64,000 nt of DNA. Origin: an uncultured Methanolobus sp. GTDB lineage: Archaea > Halobacteriota > Methanosarcinia > Methanosarcinales > Methanosarcinaceae. Location: NCBI GenBank assembly GCA_963675495.1, contig OY776215.1, positions 64,001 through 128,000 on the forward strand, written 5' to 3'. A model generated the notes under the pieces. That model ran no database searches. It had not been told where the DNA came from and saw nothing but the letters and a program-made list of their open reading frames with translations. Positions 18,672 through 29,478 of the stretch are shown piece after piece; position 1 is the stretch's first letter, and every line of letters starts with the position of its first letter. A program made the position numbers and the translations under genes.

Positions 18672-19325
18672 CTATTTTTCTTCTTTCATCAAATTCTCTA
18701 CGGTTTTCCAGGAATGTCTAACAAAATCAGGTAGTTCCTCATTTTCTTTGTACCAGTCTGCAAGGAATTTTTTTGTCTTAGGATCTGAAGGATAGCCACT
18801 GCCAAAATCCGCACCGATATCTTTTTTGAGTTCTTCTATCAACTCGTCCCTGCGTACCTTGGCTACGATCGATGCAGCAGAAACAACAGGATATGTGGCA
18901 TCAGCTTTATGTTTTGAGATTATGGACAGAGTCTCAGATCTTTCCGGACAGTTCTTTTTGTACTCTTCAAGAAGTCTTCTCCCAAATCGATCCTCATTTA
19001 CATCAGCTGCATCCACATAGGCTTTTTCAGGATGGAGTTGTCCAAGGACCTTTGAAAAAGCAACGACCATTATGTCATTCATACTCATGAGTTTTCGAAG
19101 CTCGTCTATCTGATTGGCCGATATCTCGAAGACAAATACCTTTTCCGAGTATTTTTCTATCTGCCTGGCAAGCTGGGGTCTCTTTTTTGGACTTATCTTT
19201 TTTGAGTCTGCAACACCAAGATTTTTCAATGTGTTTGTTTTGTCCTCGTCCAGTAGTACTCCTCCAACACACATAGGTCCTATGACCGGTCCTTTCCCTG
19301 CTTCATCTATTCCAGCTATCTTCAT
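18672..19325 (-). CDS. rnhB: Ribonuclease HII
   Basis: GIDEAGKGPVIGP, DSKK, HKAD...VSAASIVAKVRRD, GSGYPSDP; start inferred at 19325. Confidence 0.95.
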   Translation of the reverse strand: MKIAGIDEAGKGPVIGPMCVGGVLLDEDKTNTLKNLGVADSKKISPKKRPQLARQIEKYSEKVFVFEISANQIDELRKLMSMNDIMVVAFSKVLGQLHPEKAYVDAADVNEDRFGRRLLEEYKKNCPERSETLSIISKHKADATYPVVSAASIVAKVRRDELIEELKKDIGADFGSGYPSDPKTKKFLADWYKENEELPDFVRHSWKTVENLMKEEK

Positions 19326-19391
19326 GATATCTTCCTGAGAGCCACTATCGATATCAATGTCGGTAATCATAAAAAAGTATTTGCCACAGGT

Positions 19392-21575
19392 TCAGATGAA
19401 CAATGTAAATATTGAATATCCTATGGCTATCATAATTGTGGAGTGTTTAAGTCCGGATAATACACTGCCTTCTCCCATTGCACCTGCCATAAGTCCGGAA
19501 CTGAGTCCCTGAAGAATGGATGCATGTTTGAAAAGGCGTGTATAGTAGTCAAGGTCAAAGTTTCCAAGGAATCCTCCTGCATCTGAACCTGACGATGCCA
19601 TTTGTTGTCCTGCTTCTGCCATTTCTGTCAGGAATGTAGTGGAGATGACGTATATGACACCAACAAAGACCATGAACGATATGTAAATAATGACGATATA
19701 GATCATCATGCTCATGGTTCGTTCTCTTTTCATATCCTGTTCAGAAGATGCATCTCTTGCAGCTACTAAAAGTACTTCTCCGATGTCACCACTGGACTCG
19801 TTAGCTTTTGTTATGAGTGAAAGGGATCTTGTGACCACTTGCGTTCTTAAACGGTTTGCAAATCTGACGAGTCCATCATTTATCTCAAGTCCCCAGAAGA
19901 TATCATGCCATATTTTTTTTATTTCCTTGCTCAATGAGTCTGTGTCTGATTTCGCCATGAGCCTGATGGCATCCCTGAGGGTCATACCCGTTTCATTGGT
20001 ACTGGCAAGCTTCTTAAGAAAATCAGGAAAACCATTCTCAAGTTTCTTTTTCCTTCTGGCTTTTATTTCATGGAATATTGAAAGTGGTATTATGACCAGA
20101 AATAGTGCAAAAACCAATTTATCATCAATAAAGTCAACGAGCATTACAGGATCGCGAAGGCTATTCATATTCATTAACAGTGGTACAAGAACAACAAGCA
20201 AAGCAAGTGGTATTGTAACCACGAGTGTTGCCAACGGATTATGAAACATCGGTGCCAACGGATTTTTCAATAGGTTTTTCAACGCCAGTGATTTTTTTGA
20301 CTTGATGAACCCTTCAAAGCAACTTCTTTCACGGACCTTTTCGTCTGTTTCATCAACTAGTTCCTCGTTCTCGTCAAACATTTGTTCAAGATATTTGGGA
20401 ACATTTGGTATTCCATGATCCAGTGTCTCAGTGGTTGGAAGTAGTTTTGGTTCGCCCAATTCTGTGGGTGTGATAATGCTGATCATCACTACAAACATCA
20501 ATGAACCAACAGGAAGAACCGCATAAATGATGGCAGATACCATGGTCGTTGTTCCTGACCCCATAACTGCCATCATAACACCCATGATGATAATAAATAG
20601 AGGACCAGCTACAAACGCAGTAACGTATGATTCTGCCAGAAGTCCAAGTGTTTCAAGGAAGCCTTTCTGGTCAACCTCTGCTTTTATCAGATATTGCTCG
20701 GATTTATCACGGAAGTAATTTGGAATATTACCACCACTGTCGATGACCGTCAGGAGATTGTATATAAGGTCCTGGAATCTGTCAGATGGCGTGATTTCGG
20801 AAGCATTGGAAAGTGCCGTTCTAAGATCATGACCAAAATAATCCATATCTCTGACAATGGAGTCCACTTCTTTTGATACTTCTCCATATGTATCTTCTGA
20901 GCTTGCAATGGCCCTGAAGATATCAATGATATTCATCCCTCCCTTGCTAAGTGCATACATAAATGTAACAGCATAGGGAAGTTGCATGTCTATCTTTCCT
21001 TTTCTTTCACTTGCCTGGAAGCTAGGGAATAGCATGAAAAGGGCATAGACCAGCCCGCTCATTCCTACCATGAAAATGATGGTTATGAAGAAGCCAAGGA
21101 ATATTTCCTTGTATTCAAGAAGTGCGGCCAGTCGGGGGTTGAAAGTAAGGTTTGTTATTTGATCTGGCAGGCCTACCAGTATAATGGCTGTGTATGTAAG
21201 GAAGAGACCAATAATAACACCAGCTATTCCTGCAACAATAGAATAAAAAATGGCATTTGATATATACATCTCATGTGAGATGGGTATACGTGCCTGATTC
21301 AACTGTTTTTGAAGGTTCTGATAATTTGCTTTTCTGGCTTTGATTTTGTCTCCTATCAGTACAAAAGGAATCCTTTTCAATATATTGAAATAAAGAGTTG
21401 CTTTTTTGGTATAATGGTCAATATCAAACTTTCTTTTAAGCTTTTTGGATTTTGTTTTCTGGTTTATGGCAGTCTTTTCATCTTCTGGTTCCTGAAGGCC
21501 TGGAGATTCTACTAGAATGATATCGTCCTGACCATTTTCTATCAGATTCTCAGAAGTTTTTTTAATTGCTGTCAA
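19392..21575 (-). CDS. Type II secretion/type IV pilus platform membrane protein (two T2SSF domains; PilC/TadC-like)
   Basis: Two T2SSF repeats (LPYAVTFMYALSKGG...; FPDFLKKLASTNETG...); downstream of the secretion ATPase. Confidence 0.88.
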   Translation of the reverse strand: MTAIKKTSENLIENGQDDIILVESPGLQEPEDEKTAINQKTKSKKLKRKFDIDHYTKKATLYFNILKRIPFVLIGDKIKARKANYQNLQKQLNQARIPISHEMYISNAIFYSIVAGIAGVIIGLFLTYTAIILVGLPDQITNLTFNPRLAALLEYKEIFLGFFITIIFMVGMSGLVYALFMLFPSFQASERKGKIDMQLPYAVTFMYALSKGGMNIIDIFRAIASSEDTYGEVSKEVDSIVRDMDYFGHDLRTALSNASEITPSDRFQDLIYNLLTVIDSGGNIPNYFRDKSEQYLIKAEVDQKGFLETLGLLAESYVTAFVAGPLFIIIMGVMMAVMGSGTTTMVSAIIYAVLPVGSLMFVVMISIITPTELGEPKLLPTTETLDHGIPNVPKYLEQMFDENEELVDETDEKVRERSCFEGFIKSKKSLALKNLLKNPLAPMFHNPLATLVVTIPLALLVVLVPLLMNMNSLRDPVMLVDFIDDKLVFALFLVIIPLSIFHEIKARRKKKLENGFPDFLKKLASTNETGMTLRDAIRLMAKSDTDSLSKEIKKIWHDIFWGLEINDGLVRFANRLRTQVVTRSLSLITKANESSGDIGEVLLVAARDASSEQDMKRERTMSMMIYIVIIYISFMVFVGVIYVISTTFLTEMAEAGQQMASSGSDAGGFLGNFDLDYYTRLFKHASILQGLSSGLMAGAMGEGSVLSGLKHSTIMIAIGYSIFTLFI

Positions 21576-21591
21576 ATTATCCCACCAGTAA

Positions 21592-23799
21592 TTATGCCAG
21601 TTTCAATTTCTTCAGTACTTTTTCCGGTGTTGACTGGTAAGCGTTAATTATGTCCGATATTTCCTGGAAGTCAGTAATATTATTATTTACCATGTACTCC
21701 AGAACCAACCGGCGATAGTATAATTCCTGATTAACTTTGTCCTGTCCCCAACCCCGCCTCATTTTTATGTCGAAAAGGGCTTTTGATTCGCCTGTACGGA
21801 TGAACCTGTCGGATTCAGAATCCCAGACAAAGATATCATTTGTCCTGATATTCCTTGTATTCGGATCGATATCAACGATCTCCACCAGCTTGATATTTCT
21901 CCTGACACGTTTACCTTTGGTATATGTCTGGGACTGTATGCTCATAATATCAAGTGCCTGTATCATGGTACGAGGGACACTGATTGGTGGATTTTCCAGC
22001 CTGTGAATTGCAGATGCTACTGAGTCAGCGTGCATGGTTGAGAATGTTGTGTGTCCGGTGGACATTGCCTGGAAAAGAGTGAGAGCTTCCTTACCTCTGA
22101 CTTCGCCCACAAGCAGGAATTCCGGTCTCTGTCGAAGTGCAGCCTTCAGCAGGTCATACATGTCGACAGCCCCTCTTTCATCTGCTGTGAACGAATCTCT
22201 TGTGATACTTGGTATCCAGTTTGGATGGGGCAGTTTGAGTTCTCTTGTATCTTCGAGGGTAATTACCTTGGCTTTTTCAGGAATGAACAATGAAACCGCA
22301 TTAAGTGAGGAAGTCTTTCCTGATGCAGTACCTCCTGCATAGATCAAACTCTTATTGTTCTCAATGCACAACCACAGGTAAGCCATTGATTCTGATGAAA
22401 AAGTACCCCATTTAACAAGATCAACAGGAGTGATAGGTGTGTCACTGAATTTACGGATAGTAAAAGTACTACCATGGGCAGTCACACTTGTTCCAAGTGT
22501 CATCTGTATCCTTGACCCGTCAGGCATGGTTGCATCGATCATCGGTTCTGCAACAGAGATATGTTTCCCGCTTCTCTGTGCCATCTGTATGATGAAAGAG
22601 TTGAGTGCATCTTCTTCATAAACAACATTTGTTGGAATGTTCTGATGTGCCCTGTGGTATAAGAAAATAGGTACGTCATGGCCATTACCTGACACATCTT
22701 CTATGGAATCATCTTTCATCAAGGCATCTATCTTGCCGAATCTGACAAAGTCTCTTTTAATGTAGTACGAGATCTTTTCAAGCATGGGGGGTGTGATCTC
22801 TATAGTGTAATCCTGTATGATCGACCGGATCTTTGATTCAAGAACATTTTCCTTGTTTTGATTATCTTCATCGATATCTTCAACAAGTAGTACATCTCGC
22901 AGTCGGTCCTTTATTTCAAGAAGGAAAATATGTTCGAATTCAGTAAGTTCCGGCTCAACTATATAATAAAGATGATTATTTTTGTCTTCATTGTACAGTA
23001 TAACAATGAAAGCATATGGTTCATTTACCCAATAACGTTCGATTTCCTGATAACTTTCAAGACCTTTGAATTCTGCAATAGGGCCATGTATTTCAGAGTC
23101 ATAAGGCTCTACTTCAATTTCTGTTCTTTTGAAAAGGCTTTTTATTTTACCAACAAAGTTTAGTTTAGCTGCTTTTTCGCCTTGTTCTTCTTCATTGCAC
23201 TCAGCAAGCTCAGGATCAATCTCATCTACTTCTTCTAATGCTTCTTTTAATATTGTATCTGTTTGTGTTTCTTCTTCAAAAGAAATAGATATTTTTGTTT
23301 CTTTTTCTTTAACGATAGGCTCTAAGGGTTTGTCTTCTTCTAATGATATTAGATTGTCTTTTTTTACACTGAAATTTGTATTATTTTGAGGTCTGAAGTT
23401 AGGTGATCTTGGAAGTAATATTCCGATTTCCTCATCTTCTATATCTTCATCCCCTATACCGTCTTCAGTCAAAGAACATTGGTCTTGAAATTTTTTTTCA
23501 GAATCTGGATTGTTTTCTTTTTTATCAAGGATGTGTGCAAAATCCTTTTCGAAATTCTCTTCTGATTCTTTCAAATTTGATATTTTTTTTAGAATATCCA
23601 CAGTATCAATTTCCCCATCGGATGCTTCATTAGAATGCAATTCATCATCCTGTATAGCATCATTTTTATCCCCATTTTCTTTTATCGCAGGATCTTCATT
23701 TTGCGGCATTTTATGATCTGATGTTTCCTCTTGATTGTTAGTTTTATTTCCATTGTCAGAATTGTTTTTTTCAGAAATGTTTAATTGGGCATCAGTCAT
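21592..23799 (-). CDS. Type II/IV secretion (archaeal pilus assembly) ATPase
   Basis: GGTASGKT, LEDTRE, ALRQRPEFLLVGEVRG, TGH...STMHA; long acidic N-terminus; start inferred at 23799. Confidence 0.92.
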   Translation of the reverse strand: MTDAQLNISEKNNSDNGNKTNNQEETSDHKMPQNEDPAIKENGDKNDAIQDDELHSNEASDGEIDTVDILKKISNLKESEENFEKDFAHILDKKENNPDSEKKFQDQCSLTEDGIGDEDIEDEEIGILLPRSPNFRPQNNTNFSVKKDNLISLEEDKPLEPIVKEKETKISISFEEETQTDTILKEALEEVDEIDPELAECNEEEQGEKAAKLNFVGKIKSLFKRTEIEVEPYDSEIHGPIAEFKGLESYQEIERYWVNEPYAFIVILYNEDKNNHLYYIVEPELTEFEHIFLLEIKDRLRDVLLVEDIDEDNQNKENVLESKIRSIIQDYTIEITPPMLEKISYYIKRDFVRFGKIDALMKDDSIEDVSGNGHDVPIFLYHRAHQNIPTNVVYEEDALNSFIIQMAQRSGKHISVAEPMIDATMPDGSRIQMTLGTSVTAHGSTFTIRKFSDTPITPVDLVKWGTFSSESMAYLWLCIENNKSLIYAGGTASGKTSSLNAVSLFIPEKAKVITLEDTRELKLPHPNWIPSITRDSFTADERGAVDMYDLLKAALRQRPEFLLVGEVRGKEALTLFQAMSTGHTTFSTMHADSVASAIHRLENPPISVPRTMIQALDIMSIQSQTYTKGKRVRRNIKLVEIVDIDPNTRNIRTNDIFVWDSESDRFIRTGESKALFDIKMRRGWGQDKVNQELYYRRLVLEYMVNNNITDFQEISDIINAYQSTPEKVLKKLKLA

Positions 23800-24082
23800 T
23801 TTTTCACCATTTGATGCATGAATAAGATCATTATGAAATAATAATAAATTCATAATATATCTAATTATTAAATTCATATTATATTTATGATGGCTGTTAA
23901 GGGTATTGACCAGATGCATGTTTTTACTTGTAGCTTAAATCTGGTACGTCTTGTTCTCTTTATTATTTATATTAAGCTACATATATATGTGCATTGATAT
24001 AAACCTAATGTCCGCAAAAAATATTATAAGAACATAATTATATTCATTATTTTAACATGCATGTACAAATCTATTAGATTTC

Positions 24083-24994
24083 ATGAGTTTTAATGTACAT
24101 GCCATTGGTTCCCGATTTACACACAATAACAGTATTCTAAAGCTTGCAGGTATGCTATGGAACGAAATAGTCTTTGGTGGTCATTTGTTTGCCACAGGTT
24201 CTGTTTCTGTAATAATGGCATGTGCCACGATTTTTATGGTTCCGATAAGTTGGGATATTTTATTTGTGTCGTATCTATTGTTCTATGCAATTTATTTGTA
24301 CGATTATTCAGCAGGTGCTTCTTCAGATGAACTTACAAATGAGGGCCGAGCCCGGTATTTTCAATGCAAGAGCAAAAGTAAATTCATAGTTACTATAGTA
24401 TCTGCTATTCTGTTTCTGGTTCTTTTTACATTTACAAATGCAGTTACAACTCTTATTGGGCTGAGCATTCTGACATTCGGTCTTCTTTATGGCAGTCACT
24501 TCAAGAAACTGACAAAAAAGATACCTGCTTTCAAGAATATTTTTGTTTCTCTGGTCTGGTCTTTCATGGCACTTTTTTTGTTCGTCTATTATTCTCTTCC
24601 CATAACATATGGTGCTCTGATGCTTGCACTTTTTGTATTCATAAGAATGATGAACATACAGATCCTCTTTGATGTAAGGGATGTAGAAGGGGATATTGCA
24701 GATGGTCTTTTGACAATTCCCGCTTTGTTTGGGGAAAGAACGTATCCTTCCATTTTGCGTTTGATCAATTTAGTATCAATCGTTTTTGTCATTGCATGCG
24801 TAATTTTTGGCTTGCTTCCGTTCTTTACACTGGCCATCATGCCCATGTTCTACTATGCTGTCACTTATATTAATAAAGTAATAGAATCAAAGAAAAATTA
24901 TTCCTCTTACGTCTTTGCAGCATGTGAACCCATCATGTGGGCATTGCTTATCTTCGCAGGAAGGTCTATTGCTATGTTCAATATCATGGCTTGA
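24083..24994 (+). CDS. UbiA family prenyltransferase
   Basis: Polytopic membrane protein; KKIPAFKNIFV and LFDVRDVEGD...GLLTIP motifs. Confidence 0.8.
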   Translation: MSFNVHAIGSRFTHNNSILKLAGMLWNEIVFGGHLFATGSVSVIMACATIFMVPISWDILFVSYLLFYAIYLYDYSAGASSDELTNEGRARYFQCKSKSKFIVTIVSAILFLVLFTFTNAVTTLIGLSILTFGLLYGSHFKKLTKKIPAFKNIFVSLVWSFMALFLFVYYSLPITYGALMLALFVFIRMMNIQILFDVRDVEGDIADGLLTIPALFGERTYPSILRLINLVSIVFVIACVIFGLLPFFTLAIMPMFYYAVTYINKVIESKKNYSSYVFAACEPIMWALLIFAGRSIAMFNIMA

Positions 24995-25120
24995 GGAATA
25001 GTTCTATTTCAGAGTTGTTACTTCTGAATCTGCATTTAAACAAAAACATTAAATGGAAAGCTGGATATGTTCTGCTAGATTATAGCTGGAAGTAACCAGG
25101 GAAGGAAAGAGGAAAACCCG

Positions 25121-26740
25121 ATGCCGATCATAACCTTACCATATAATGACCTTGAAGAATTGACAGGAACAGACAAGGATACTATAATTAAGCGCGTGCC
25201 TATGATAGGTGCAGATATCGAGCGCATAGAAAAAGAGTCCATAGATATCGAGTTCTTCCCTGACCGCCCGGACCTTTATAGTGTCGAAGGCGTTGCACGT
25301 GCACTGCGCGGTTTTCTGGACATTGAATCCGGTTTTTGTGACTATGAGGTAAAACCATACACTGTTGAGATCACAAAGGACAAGGACATTGATTCTGTCC
25401 GCCCGATATTTGGTTGTGCTATTGTCAGGGGTGTCAATTTCAGTTCCAGTGCCATAAAGACCCTTATGGACCTTCAGGAGTCCCTTCACTGGGGACTTGG
25501 GCGTGACCGTAAAAAAGTGTCCATAGGTGTTCATGACCTTTCAAAGGTCCAGGCTCCTTTCCGCTATGTTGCAGCAGACCCTGAGTTCAGTTTCGTTCCT
25601 CTTGACTTCACAGAACCAATGTCAATGAAGGAAATACTTGAGAAGCATCCAAAAGGCACACGTTTTGCGCATATACTTGATGAGTTTGATAAGTATCCTC
25701 TAATACTTGATGCTAATGACAATGTTCTTTCATTCCCACCGATAATTAACGGTACTCTCACGATGGTTACTGAGGAAACCACTGATCTTCTGGTCGATGT
25801 TACCGGTTTGAGCAATGAGGTCTACACTGCACTCAATATTGTGACAACCGCACTTGCAGAGCGTGGCGGCCAGATCGAGTACGTGAAAGTGGTGAATGCC
25901 GATGGCACAGAATCCATTCCGCTGGACCTAAGTCCTGCAAAAAAGGTACTGAGCAGATCCGAGATCGATGGGCTCATTGGTATGGAACTTCCTGTTGCTG
26001 AGATAATAAAACAGCTTAACAGAATGGGATTTGGTGCAAAGGAGCTTGAAAATGACCGTATTGGGGTCATGGTTCCCCGTTACCGTGCTGATATCCTGGA
26101 TAATTCTGACATCATTGAGGATATAGCAGTTGGATATGGTTTTGATAAGATACCTGCAGTATTTCCAATGAATGCAACTGTAGGCAAGTCCCACAGTATA
26201 TCTGACATAAGTTCTGATATGCGTGAAATAATGACAGGACTTGGTTATTTACAGGTAATGCCGTTCACTCTCACAAGCGAGAAGGTTCATTTCGAATGGA
26301 TGTGCAGGGAAAAGACAGATGATGTTACATATGTCTTGCATCCGATAAGTGAAGACCAGACCATGGTCAGGACGACCATATTGCCAAACCTGATCGAAAT
26401 TCTTTCCATGAACCAGCACAGGGAACTGCCACAACGTATTTTTGAAGCTGGTGATGTTGTGATCAATGGTAATAATGGTCTGCATCTTGCAGCTGTTTCC
26501 ATAAGTCCACAAGCAAATTTCACGGAAATAAGGGAACTTGTGGATGCCCTGATGCGTGAGCGCCTTGTGGAATACGAAATAGTTGAATCAGAGGATCCTG
26601 CTTTTATGGAAGGCAGAAGGGCTGATATTATCGTTAATGGAAAGAAGATAGGTGTCATGGGAGAACTGTTCCCGCAGGTAATAGTCAATTTTGGCCTTGG
26701 ACAACCTATTGTAGGATTTGAGATCGATCTGATGAATTGA
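25121..26740 (+). CDS. pheT: Phenylalanine--tRNA ligase beta subunit
   Basis: [25 protein letters not shown] and YRADIL...[11 protein letters not shown] motifs. Confidence 0.96.
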   Translation: MPIITLPYNDLEELTGTDKDTIIKRVPMIGADIERIEKESIDIEFFPDRPDLYSVEGVARALRGFLDIESGFCDYEVKPYTVEITKDKDIDSVRPIFGCAIVRGVNFSSSAIKTLMDLQESLHWGLGRDRKKVSIGVHDLSKVQAPFRYVAADPEFSFVPLDFTEPMSMKEILEKHPKGTRFAHILDEFDKYPLILDANDNVLSFPPIINGTLTMVTEETTDLLVDVTGLSNEVYTALNIVTTALAERGGQIEYVKVVNADGTESIPLDLSPAKKVLSRSEIDGLIGMELPVAEIIKQLNRMGFGAKELENDRIGVMVPRYRADILDNSDIIEDIAVGYGFDKIPAVFPMNATVGKSHSISDISSDMREIMTGLGYLQVMPFTLTSEKVHFEWMCREKTDDVTYVLHPISEDQTMVRTTILPNLIEILSMNQHRELPQRIFEAGDVVINGNNGLHLAAVSISPQANFTEIRELVDALMRERLVEYEIVESEDPAFMEGRRADIIVNGKKIGVMGELFPQVIVNFGLGQPIVGFEIDLMN

Positions 26741-26783
26741 TCTTCAATACTTTTTTATTGTATTTAGAATTAGAAAAATTGAA

Positions 26784-26880
26784 CGGGCCCGCCGCGATTC
26801 GAACACGAGTCAATGGGTATCTTCGGACATTTTATGTCACATCGAAGCCCATTAGGATATCCTGGCTACCCTACGAGCCC
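26784..26880 (-). tRNA. tRNA-Arg(TCG) with a 23-nt intron at 37/38 (intron 26819-26841); CCA not encoded
   Basis: Cloverleaf: acceptor GGGCTCG/CGGGCCC, anticodon stem ATGGG/CCCAT, T-loop TTCGAAT. Intron GAAG pairs with CTTC to form a bulge-helix-bulge. Confidence 0.93.
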
Positions 26881-26908
26881 GCAAGGCAACTACTGATTGC
26901 TGTAGCCT

Positions 26909-26922
26909 GTATTAAAGGTTTC
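26909..26922 (-). promoter_or_regulatory. BRE/TATA of tRNA-Arg
   Basis: GAAACCTTTAATAC about 30 nt upstream of the tRNA 5' end. Confidence 0.55.
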
Positions 26923-27674
26923 TATAATAAAAGTCCTGATATAATTCTTAATGCTATTGTCAGGAGCACGATTCCAAACGTCTTTTGAAGTGTTTCTGCC
27001 TTTATTTTACCATGCATCAGGTGAGAACCCAGCTGTGCTCCCAAAAATGATGCTATCACCACAGCAGCCACCATGTATGTGTCAGGATTCCAGGAAGAGG
27101 CATGTGCCAGAAATGCGGACAGGGATGTAAAAAGTACTATAAATCCGGAACTTGCTGCAGCTCGCTTTATAGTAAATCCGAATATCAGTAGTAAAGGTAC
27201 GATAAATGTGCCACCGCCAATTCCAAGCATGCCGGATATGATTCCTATAATTAATCCGCAGACACCTATCAGCACATATCTTTTTTCCCCTTTGATCTGT
27301 TTTCCGTGATACAAGGTTCGGATTCTGGAAAAGATCATCTCTTCCCCAACGATTAGCATAAGCAGTGCAAACATAAAGAGCAGAAGATTCACAGGTACTA
27401 TTATTGTAAAATATGCTCCTATCAGTGCTCCTATCATCGAGGCAACTATGAAAGGGATCGTTATTTTGAAATCCACCATCTGTTTTCTAATGTATGTGAT
27501 GGCTGCCGATCCTGAGGTGATGGTGTTAAGAAGCAGTGCAATGGTTACCGAAGAGATAAAATCTCCACTTATCCAGTAAAAGAAAGGCACGTAGAATATT
27601 GCTCCACCAAGTCCGATCATTGAGAAAAGCGAAGACGCACAAAAAACGACAAGTGCAAGAACTATAGTTTCCAT
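26922..27674 (-). CDS. Sulfite exporter TauE/SafE family membrane protein
   Basis: Duplicated GLGGAIFYVP / GIGGGTFIVP motif; about 8 TM helices. Confidence 0.88.
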   Translation of the reverse strand: METIVLALVVFCASSLFSMIGLGGAIFYVPFFYWISGDFISSVTIALLLNTITSGSAAITYIRKQMVDFKITIPFIVASMIGALIGAYFTIIVPVNLLLFMFALLMLIVGEEMIFSRIRTLYHGKQIKGEKRYVLIGVCGLIIGIISGMLGIGGGTFIVPLLLIFGFTIKRAAASSGFIVLFTSLSAFLAHASSWNPDTYMVAAVVIASFLGAQLGSHLMHGKIKAETLQKTFGIVLLTIALRIISGLLL

Positions 27675-27711
27675 TTATCAGCAATCCGCAAAATTAGTCA
27701 TTTTTTGTATG

Positions 27712-28410
27712 TCACTTGGGCTTGACATACTTATCCTTGAACATCTTTATTTTTTCTTTTCCACCAACAACAGCAACAACATCACCCTTCAATACTACTG
27801 TGGATGGCAGTATGTCTGTAATGATTTTTCCATCTCTTTCAATTCCTATTATGGTGCATGCCAGTTTATTTCTCAGGTCGATGTCTGCGACACTTTTATT
27901 TGCAAGCTCTTTATCGCTGGTGACTGTGTGTTTCTCAATGTCTATGCCTTCATATAACATGATATCTTCATTCATTTTTTTACATGTTGCATCAAGGAGG
28001 CAACGCGATGTCATTTTTCCAAGCATCTGGCCGGCAACGATTGGGAGCGCTGCAACATAATCCGCACCAGCTTTGTAGATCTTATCAATTGATTTATAGG
28101 AATTTGCCCGTGCTATAATGGTGGATTTTGGATTTAATCCCCGGGTGATGAGTGTAGCAAACATGACATCAGTATCGTCATTCAGGGATATGATAACTGT
28201 AGTTGCATTTGGAATGCCTGCCTGTATAAGGATTTCTTCTTCTGTTGCATTACCCACGACATAGTTATAGTCTACATTTTCAAAAATGTGGACATTAGAA
28301 TCCACAACAGTGAATGTTATCTTGGCATATTTGAGAGTTTCCACTACACGCCTGCCAACATCCCCACATCCAAGTACTACAAGATGTCCTTTGTCAGTTG
28401 CATTTTCCAT
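27712..28410 (-). CDS. TrkA-type RCK (TrkA-N + TrkA-C) regulatory protein
   Basis: GCGDVG Rossmann motif, AGADYV, C-terminal IIGIERDG...LKGD. Confidence 0.88.
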   Translation of the reverse strand: MENATDKGHLVVLGCGDVGRRVVETLKYAKITFTVVDSNVHIFENVDYNYVVGNATEEEILIQAGIPNATTVIISLNDDTDVMFATLITRGLNPKSTIIARANSYKSIDKIYKAGADYVAALPIVAGQMLGKMTSRCLLDATCKKMNEDIMLYEGIDIEKHTVTSDKELANKSVADIDLRNKLACTIIGIERDGKIITDILPSTVVLKGDVVAVVGGKEKIKMFKDKYVKPK

Positions 28411-28415
28411 TCATG

Positions 28416-29426
28416 TTACTCCATGTGTTGTGTCAGTTTCTTCAGACGGGATAATTGCTCACTTGAACCTGTTGCAAGCAGAACAGAATCGTCCTTTATT
28501 ATTTCATCCGATTTGATAATAAAGGTCAAGCTTCCACCTTTCCACATCCCCACAACATTAGCGCCGGTTTTTTCCCGAATGGCTGCATTTTTCATGTTTT
28601 TTCCTACAAGGGGGCTTTTTGGGTATATGGGCAATTCCACAATGCTAACACCCTCAAAGAACTCTATGGCTCCCGTCAGCCTGTTAACAAAAGGATCAGT
28701 TGCTTTCCTTCCTATGAACCTCCCAAACATTTCCTTTGGAGAAACAACACTGGTGGCACCGGCATATTTAAGGTATTTTTTATTGGACCTGTCTTCAACT
28801 ATGGCTATTATATTAAGATCGCTGATGTTACGGGCTGTCAACACAATATTTGCATTCAATTCATCTGAGCGGTTTGCAATCAGGAAATGCGCATCTTTGA
28901 TATTTGCATTTTTTAAAGTATCTTCTTCGTATACAGGGCCAAATATGGTATGAATATTTTTTTTGAGCAGATCTTTTATCAGCTCCGAATCTTCTTCTAT
29001 AAGAATATATGGAACATTATTCTCATTCAATTCCTCAATAAGTGTTTCTATAAGCCTGTTATAACCACAGATTATTATATGGTCCTTAAGTTTTTTTGAA
29101 GATTTGGTAGGTATATTGGAATGGATCACCTTTTCCATCCAGGTAATTATCAGGGTGAAAAGTATTCCGAAAACAAGAGGTATTCCTGATAACTGTACAA
29201 AGACTGAGAATATTTTACCCAGATGTGAGGTTACAACAATGTCTCCATATCCTACAGTAGTAAGGGTTGAGACTACCCAGTAAAAAGCATCGTAAAAGTT
29301 TACGTATGTGGTCTGACCTTCATAGATCATTATCCTCATAAAAAGAAGCATGTAGAATAGTATGATGGCAAGAGCTCCAGTGACTGATTTTAACAAGGTC
29401 ATATGCCAGAGGTGCTCGTTTTTCAC
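28416..29426 (-). CDS. 2-TM potassium channel with RCK domain
   Basis: TTVGYGD selectivity filter between two TM helices; HIIICGY RCK-N followed by RCK-C. Confidence 0.92.
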   Translation of the reverse strand: MKNEHLWHMTLLKSVTGALAIILFYMLLFMRIMIYEGQTTYVNFYDAFYWVVSTLTTVGYGDIVVTSHLGKIFSVFVQLSGIPLVFGILFTLIITWMEKVIHSNIPTKSSKKLKDHIIICGYNRLIETLIEELNENNVPYILIEEDSELIKDLLKKNIHTIFGPVYEEDTLKNANIKDAHFLIANRSDELNANIVLTARNISDLNIIAIVEDRSNKKYLKYAGATSVVSPKEMFGRFIGRKATDPFVNRLTGAIEFFEGVSIVELPIYPKSPLVGKNMKNAAIREKTGANVVGMWKGGSLTFIIKSDEIIKDDSVLLATGSSEQLSRLKKLTQHME

Positions 29427-29478
29427 CGATTTCTCACCTTTCGATCTTAGCTTCTTTTTATTGAGTTACGTTATGTGG

